A stretch of 64,000 nucleotides of DNA from Candidatus Krumholzibacteriota bacterium (GTDB lineage: Bacteria; Krumholzibacteriota; Krumholzibacteriia; JAJRXK01), in assembly GCA_963806035.1 (NCBI GenBank), contig CAWDWO010000013.1:64001-128000 (forward strand), read 5' to 3'. The notes under the pieces are model-generated. The model ran no database searches and was not told the DNA's origin. It worked only from the letters and a program-made list of their open reading frames with translations. The translations under genes and the position numbers were made by a program. Every line of letters begins with the position of its first letter. The stretch's first letter is position 1. Positions 58,876 through 64,000 of this stretch are shown in pieces.

Positions 58876-60903
58876 ATGGATCCCGAGACTCACCGGGTGG
58901 TGAGTGCGCCCGCCCGCTATTGCGAGGTCGCGCTCGCCCTGCCATTGCCGCAGACCTTCAGCTACGAGGTGCCCGAGGAACTCGCCGAGGGGCTCGGGCC
59001 GGGCTCCGTCGTGCGTGTTCCCTTCGCCCGGCGCGAGCGAGTCGGGGTCGTGACTTCCCTGAGCGAGACTCCTCCGCCGGTGCGCGCTTTGAAAGAGCTG
59101 CGCGCCGATCTGGGAGAGGCCTATCGCCTTTCCGAGCTGGCGCTGTCCTTGGGGAACTGGGTCGCCTCGTACTACGCCTGCTCCCTGGGGGAAGCCCTGG
59201 CGCTGTTCTTCCCGCCGCGGCCGGGAACCGCCGCGCGCAAATCGCCCCTGGAAGAAGTGGCGGCCGATCCCGAGCCTCCGCACGAACTCTCCGAGGACCA
59301 GGAGGCTGCGCTGCGTTGCGTGCTCGAGCCACTTCTGAAGGGGGAATACGAGAGCTTCCTCTTGCACGGGGTCACGGGCAGCGGCAAGACCGAGGTCTAC
59401 CTGCACGCGATCCAGCGAGCCATCGAATTGGGCAAGTCCGCGCTGGTCCTGTTGCCGGAGATCGCGCTCACTCCCCAGACCCTGGGCCGTCTGCGCGCGC
59501 GCTTTCCCAACCGAGTGGCGCCGTATCACTCTCGCCTGAGTCACGGCGAGCGCTGCGCGGTGTGGGAGGCCGCTGCAGCGGGCGAAGTTTCCGTGGTGGT
59601 GGGGGCGAGGAGCTCGGCCTTCGTTCCGCTCAAGGATCTGGGCTTGATCGTGGTCGACGAGGAGCACGACTCCAGCTACAAGGCCGACGACCGGCCACGC
59701 TACCACGCTCGTGATCTCGCCCTGATGCGCGCGCGTATGGGCAAGATCCCCATCATTTTGGGATCGGCCACGCCCAGCCTCGAGAGCTACCACAATGCGC
59801 AGCTGGGCAAGCATCGACGCCTGGTTCTACCCTCCCGCATGGGGGAGGTGGATCTGCCCGCGGTGGAGATCGTGGACCTGAGGCGCAAGGAGGAGTCAGG
59901 GGAAGGACCGCTCGGGCCGCGCTTGGACGCGGCTCTGGAAGAGGTTCTGAAGCGCGGAGAACAGGCCATTCTCCTGCACAATCGACGCGGCTTCGCGCGC
60001 TTCGTGCAGTGTCACGCCTGTGGGCACGTCGAGAGCTGTCCCTCCTGCGACATCTCCCTCACCTGGCATTTGAAGAGCGACCACTTGCGCTGCCACTACT
60101 GTGGCCACCGCCGGGCGCGGCCCACCACTTGCCCCGAGTGCGCCCAGCGCGTGTTCCGGCCGCACGGCACGGGGACTCAGAGGGTGGAGTTGGCGCTGCA
60201 ATCGCGCTTTCCGGCTGCCCGCGTCCTGCGCCTGGATCAGGACACGAGTTCCACCAAGCGCGGGCATCAGGAGATCCTGGAGAAATTCGCCGCCGGCGAG
60301 GCCGACTTCCTGTTGGGAACGCAGATGGTGGCCAAGGGGCTGCACTTCCCCCGGGTCAGCGTGGTCGGCGTGATCAGCGCCGACGCCGGCCTGCACTTTC
60401 CGGATCTGCGCGCGCACGAACGCGCGTTCCAATTGCTCACTCAAGTCGCGGGGCGCAGCGGGCGAACTTCCCCGGGCCGCGTCATCCTGCAGACTTACGA
60501 TCCCGAGCATCGGGTCCTACGCCGGGTGCTCGGGCACGACGTGGAGGGTTTCTTGGCGGAGGAAATCGAGCAACGCCGGATTCTGGGCTACCCCCCGGTC
60601 AGACGACTCAGCGCCATCCTGGTCACCGCCGCGAGCGAAGAGGACCTGGATCAGGGCCTGGCCCGGCTCGCGCGCCGCTTGAGAGCTCTGCTCGAGGGGA
60701 CCGAAGTGGAAATTTTGGGACCGGCCCGCGCCGCCCTCCCGCGCATCAACCGGCGATTTCGCGGTCAGATCTTGCTCAAGGGCAGTCTCAGCGCGCAGGG
60801 GAAACAGCGCATTTTGGAAGTATTGAGCGAGCTCGCGAGCGCCGAAAAGGGACGCAAGCGGCTGGATCTGGCGCTCGACGTGGATCCACAACACTTGCTC
60901 TGA
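58876..60903 (+). CDS. priA: Primosomal protein N' (replication restart helicase)
   Basis: HGVTGSGKTEVY, LPEIALTPQ, DEEHD, GSATPSLES, four CxxC pairs, GTQMVAKG.HFP, QVAGRSGR. Confidence 0.97.
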   Translation: MDPETHRVVSAPARYCEVALALPLPQTFSYEVPEELAEGLGPGSVVRVPFARRERVGVVTSLSETPPPVRALKELRADLGEAYRLSELALSLGNWVASYYACSLGEALALFFPPRPGTAARKSPLEEVAADPEPPHELSEDQEAALRCVLEPLLKGEYESFLLHGVTGSGKTEVYLHAIQRAIELGKSALVLLPEIALTPQTLGRLRARFPNRVAPYHSRLSHGERCAVWEAAAAGEVSVVVGARSSAFVPLKDLGLIVVDEEHDSSYKADDRPRYHARDLALMRARMGKIPIILGSATPSLESYHNAQLGKHRRLVLPSRMGEVDLPAVEIVDLRRKEESGEGPLGPRLDAALEEVLKRGEQAILLHNRRGFARFVQCHACGHVESCPSCDISLTWHLKSDHLRCHYCGHRRARPTTCPECAQRVFRPHGTGTQRVELALQSRFPAARVLRLDQDTSSTKRGHQEILEKFAAGEADFLLGTQMVAKGLHFPRVSVVGVISADAGLHFPDLRAHERAFQLLTQVAGRSGRTSPGRVILQTYDPEHRVLRRVLGHDVEGFLAEEIEQRRILGYPPVRRLSAILVTAASEEDLDQGLARLARRLRALLEGTEVEILGPARAALPRINRRFRGQILLKGSLSAQGKQRILEVLSELASAEKGRKRLDLALDVDPQHLL

Positions 60904-60981
60904 GGGAGTCAGGAGCACTATCTTGTTGCCAGTTCCGGCCTGCCCCGGGGCAAGACCGGAGCGTTTCTAGAGCTCGATTGG

Positions 60982-61011
60982 TTGACAAATCCTCGCGGTG
61001 ACGCTTATACC
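60982..61011 (+). promoter_or_regulatory. Possible sigma70 promoter
   Basis: TTGACA-18 nt-TATACC (weak -10). Confidence 0.35.
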
Positions 61012-61219
61012 TAGAGCGGTACCGCGGAGATTCCCCGCTGCGCTGAGCCGTACGGGGACCTTCTTCGGAGAACACCTCGCGCTACTTTCTACTCCTGCTT
61101 CCCAATGCAACTGAGGATCGAGTTTGGGTCCGTCCGTCTGGCATTAGTGTGATGAGGAGTCACTGTCGACTGTGTTCGCCTCGGGGCGCACAGCGAGAAC
61201 TACATGGGGAGAACCCGGC

Positions 61220-62407
61220 ATGCGAATGAGTTTGAGATCCGTGACCGTGCTGCTCTTGGCGCTACTCGCGGGGATCTACGGTTGTAAGCACCCCTTCGTC
61301 AACTCGGGCAACATCTATCTGGACCAGGGAATGCTTCCCAAGGCGGAGGCTTGCTATCGCGTCGCGCTCTCCGAAGAGCCGAACAACGGCGAGGCCCACT
61401 TCCAGCTGGCCTACACTCTCAGCGAGATGGCCAAGCAGCACCTGTCCAATGGAGAGATGGACTCCGCGCGAGTCAAGTTCGTCGAGGCGACCAAGAACTA
61501 CATGGAAGCCGCGAAGATCGATTCCGCGCAGTGGGCCGACGAGGCCGAGCTCAACATGTCCTCCAACTTCGCGCGCGTCTTCAACGAGGGATCCAAGTTG
61601 ATCCGCAACGACGACCCCGCCGCGGCGCTGGAGTACTACAAGCTCGCCTACCAGATCGACCCCGAGGGCGAGAACGGCGCACGGGCCCAGCTCAACATCG
61701 TCCAGCTCACCTATCAACAGCTCACCGACAAGTATCGTCTGGCCCAGAGTTCCGACGACAAAGAGGGTGAGCAGAAGGCCAAGGACGAAGCCAGCGATCT
61801 CTTGACCCGAGTCGACAAGGCGCTTCCCAAGGTGACCGACAGCGAGACCAAGCGCACCTTCGTCGAAGTGAAGGCGGCCATCTTGCGCATGCTCGATCGC
61901 GACGAAGAAGCGAGGAAGATCTACGAGGATCTTCTCGAAGAAAATCCAGACGACATCAACCTCATGTTGACCCTGGCGCGTTCGCAAAAGGAACAGGGCG
62001 ACGATCAGGGAGCGGCGGAGTTCTTCCAGCGAGCGCTCGATCAGATCTCGATCGCTCCGGTGATCAACGAAGACGGCCGCTACGACTACGTGTACGCCGA
62101 GACGGCGCGCGCGTATTTCCGGGCCGCCGAGTACGAGAAGGCCATCGAGGCCTTCAAACAAGCCCTGGACGTGGCCAAGACCGACGTCGAACGCATCGAC
62201 TTCTACGACCGGATTTCAGTCGCCTATTTCCAGTTGGAGCAATACGAGAAGGCCATCGAATACGCCAAGCAGGTGGTCGACCTCGATCCAGAAAATCTCA
62301 ACGCGTGGCAGATCCAGTGCCGTGCGCTCGGCCGTCTCGACCGACAGGCCGATGCCGAAAAGGCCTGCGCTCGTTTCTACGAACTGCGAGACGCGCAGGA
62401 CCAATAG
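61220..62407 (+). CDS. TPR-repeat lipoprotein
   Basis: SD GGGGAG, lipobox-like IYGC, multiple TPR helices. Confidence 0.85.
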   Translation: MRMSLRSVTVLLLALLAGIYGCKHPFVNSGNIYLDQGMLPKAEACYRVALSEEPNNGEAHFQLAYTLSEMAKQHLSNGEMDSARVKFVEATKNYMEAAKIDSAQWADEAELNMSSNFARVFNEGSKLIRNDDPAAALEYYKLAYQIDPEGENGARAQLNIVQLTYQQLTDKYRLAQSSDDKEGEQKAKDEASDLLTRVDKALPKVTDSETKRTFVEVKAAILRMLDRDEEARKIYEDLLEENPDDINLMLTLARSQKEQGDDQGAAEFFQRALDQISIAPVINEDGRYDYVYAETARAYFRAAEYEKAIEAFKQALDVAKTDVERIDFYDRISVAYFQLEQYEKAIEYAKQVVDLDPENLNAWQIQCRALGRLDRQADAEKACARFYELRDAQDQ

Positions 62408-62662
62408 ACACGGCTCGGACGCTGGGCGGCATGTCTCATGCTATGATTGCCGCCCAGTCCCCGGGTCCCAAGTATCTCGACCCATGGTGGACTCTCCACC
62501 CTGGACATCACCAAAACGTTCAACCCGGCGGGTTTCCCAACTCGGATTTTCCCGTCCCCCAACGCCTTGAACCCACTAAAACGAAGAACCGTACGAAAGA
62601 AATCCACCAAGACCCGTGCATCCAAGCTGGCCGCGAATGCGACTGACTCTTCCGACGAAGTA

Positions 62663-64000
62663 ATGGACGACGCGGACGACAACTCCGAAGCCCTTCAAGA
62701 CGAAGAGAGCGGCGGCGAGGACATCGCCCAGCTCGACATCGGCGAATTGAAGCAGATGACGATCCAACAGCTCATGGAGCTCGCGGACCAGTATGGAATC
62801 GAGGGGATGGCGCACCTGCGCAAGCAGGAGCTGATCTTCAAGATTCTGGAGGGCCAGGTCGAACGCAAGGGACTCATCTTCGCCGAGGGCGTCCTGCAAG
62901 TCCTCGCGGAAGGTTATGGCTTCCTGCGTTCACCGGATTACAACTACCTGCCCGGCCCGGACGACATCTATCTCTCTCCTTCGCAGATCAAGAAGTTCGA
63001 TCTGCGCACCGGAGACACCATCTCGGGTCAGGTACGTCCCCCGAAGGACAGCGAGCGCTACTTCGCGCTGTTGAAAGTCGAGGCCGTCAACTTCGAAAAT
63101 CCGGAGCTGGCCAAACAAAAGCCGCTGTTCGACAACCTCACTCCGCTCTATCCCGACGAGTGGCTCTATCTCTCGGAAAGCAAGAACGAGAAGGGCGAGT
63201 GGGTGCCGGGCGGCAAGGACCTGAGCATGCGCGTGGTCGATCTGCTCTGTCCCATCGGCAAGGGCCAGCGTGGACTGATCGTGGCGCCGCCGCGCACGGG
63301 AAAGACGGTGCTTCTGCAGAAGCTGGCCAACAGCATCGCCCAGAACCATCCCGAGACCCTACTCATCGTGCTCTTGATCGACGAGCGGCCCGAGGAAGTC
63401 ACCGACATGCAGCGCACGGTGAACGGCGAAGTGGTCTCTTCCACCTTCGACGAGCCGGCTGAGCGTCACGTGCAGGTGGCGGCCATGGTCATCAAGAAGG
63501 CCAAGCGGCTGGTGGAGCACGGCCACGACGTGGTCATCCTGCTCGACTCGATCACCCGTCTCGCGCGTGCCCACAACACGGTGGTGCCTCACAGCGGCAA
63601 GATTCTCTCCGGTGGTGTGGACGCCAACGCCCTGCAGCGCCCCAAGCGTTTCTTCGGCGCGGCGCGCAACATCGAGGAGGGGGGAAGCCTCACCATCATC
63701 GCCACCGCTCTCATCGAGACCGGCAGCCGCATGGACGAGGTGATCTTCGAGGAATTCAAGGGCACGGGAAACATGGAGCTGGTGCTCGACCGCAAGCTCT
63801 CCGATCGGCGCATCTTCCCCTCCATCGACATCTTCAAGAGTGGAACGCGCAAGGAAGAGCTGCTGGTGGACCCCAAGGAGCTCAACAAGGTCTGGGTCCT
63901 GCGGAAGTTCCTCAACGACCGGACCCCGCAGGAGGCCATGGAGTTCCTCCTGGACAAACTCTCCAAGACCGAGGGCAATCAGCAGTTCCTCGATTCGATG
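62663..64000 (+). CDS. rho: Transcription termination factor Rho (3'-truncated by window edge; absent from the ORF track)
   Basis: Translated by hand: [80 protein letters not shown]. Frame also open to an upstream TTG at 62567. Confidence 0.97.
   Translation, partial: MDDADDNSEALQDEESGGEDIAQLDIGELKQMTIQQLMELADQYGIEGMAHLRKQELIFKILEGQVERKGLIFAEGVLQVLAEGYGFLRSPDYNYLPGPDDIYLSPSQIKKFDLRTGDTISGQVRPPKDSERYFALLKVEAVNFENPELAKQKPLFDNLTPLYPDEWLYLSESKNEKGEWVPGGKDLSMRVVDLLCPIGKGQRGLIVAPPRTGKTVLLQKLANSIAQNHPETLLIVLLIDERPEEVTDMQRTVNGEVVSSTFDEPAERHVQVAAMVIKKAKRLVEHGHDVVILLDSITRLARAHNTVVPHSGKILSGGVDANALQRPKRFFGAARNIEEGGSLTIIATALIETGSRMDEVIFEEFKGTGNMELVLDRKLSDRRIFPSIDIFKSGTRKEELLVDPKELNKVWVLRKFLNDRTPQEAMEFLLDKLSKTEGNQQFLDSM

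Overview
GC-rich bacterial chromosomal segment, densely coding and almost entirely on the + strand. I saw no rRNA, tRNA, CRISPR array or mobile element. The gene content (mfd plus two SurA/PpiC foldases, MoxR/DUF58/BatA, DUF4159/DUF4175-like, secD/secF, an OM beta-barrel, secreted proteins with an 'SWGxIKxxY'-type C-terminus) suggests a diderm FCB-related candidate phylum such as Krumholzibacteriota, Latescibacterota or Eisenbacteria; this is inference. Housekeeping genes: iscS-like, mfd, surA, ftsE-ftsX-envC, holB, tatD, rsmA, secD, secF, nnr, tsaD, priA and a partial rho. Main leads: (1) a candidate C-terminal sorting tag on two paralogous secreted proteins, with a similar terminus on a lipoprotein encoded beside an uncharacterised beta-barrel; (2) a five-gene c-di-GMP/two-component module with two paralogous histidine kinase-GAF-HD-GYP hybrids whose HD-GYP motifs are partly degenerate; (3) a riboswitch-like leader with mutually exclusive pairings in front of a 64-aa zinc-ribbon gene; (4) an alkaline-phosphatase-fold lipoprotein that appears to have lost its metal ligands; (5) a MoxR-associated envelope system split over two loci that share an AGGAG-N6-TTG start signature. 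All family calls come from motif recognition by eye; no database search was run.
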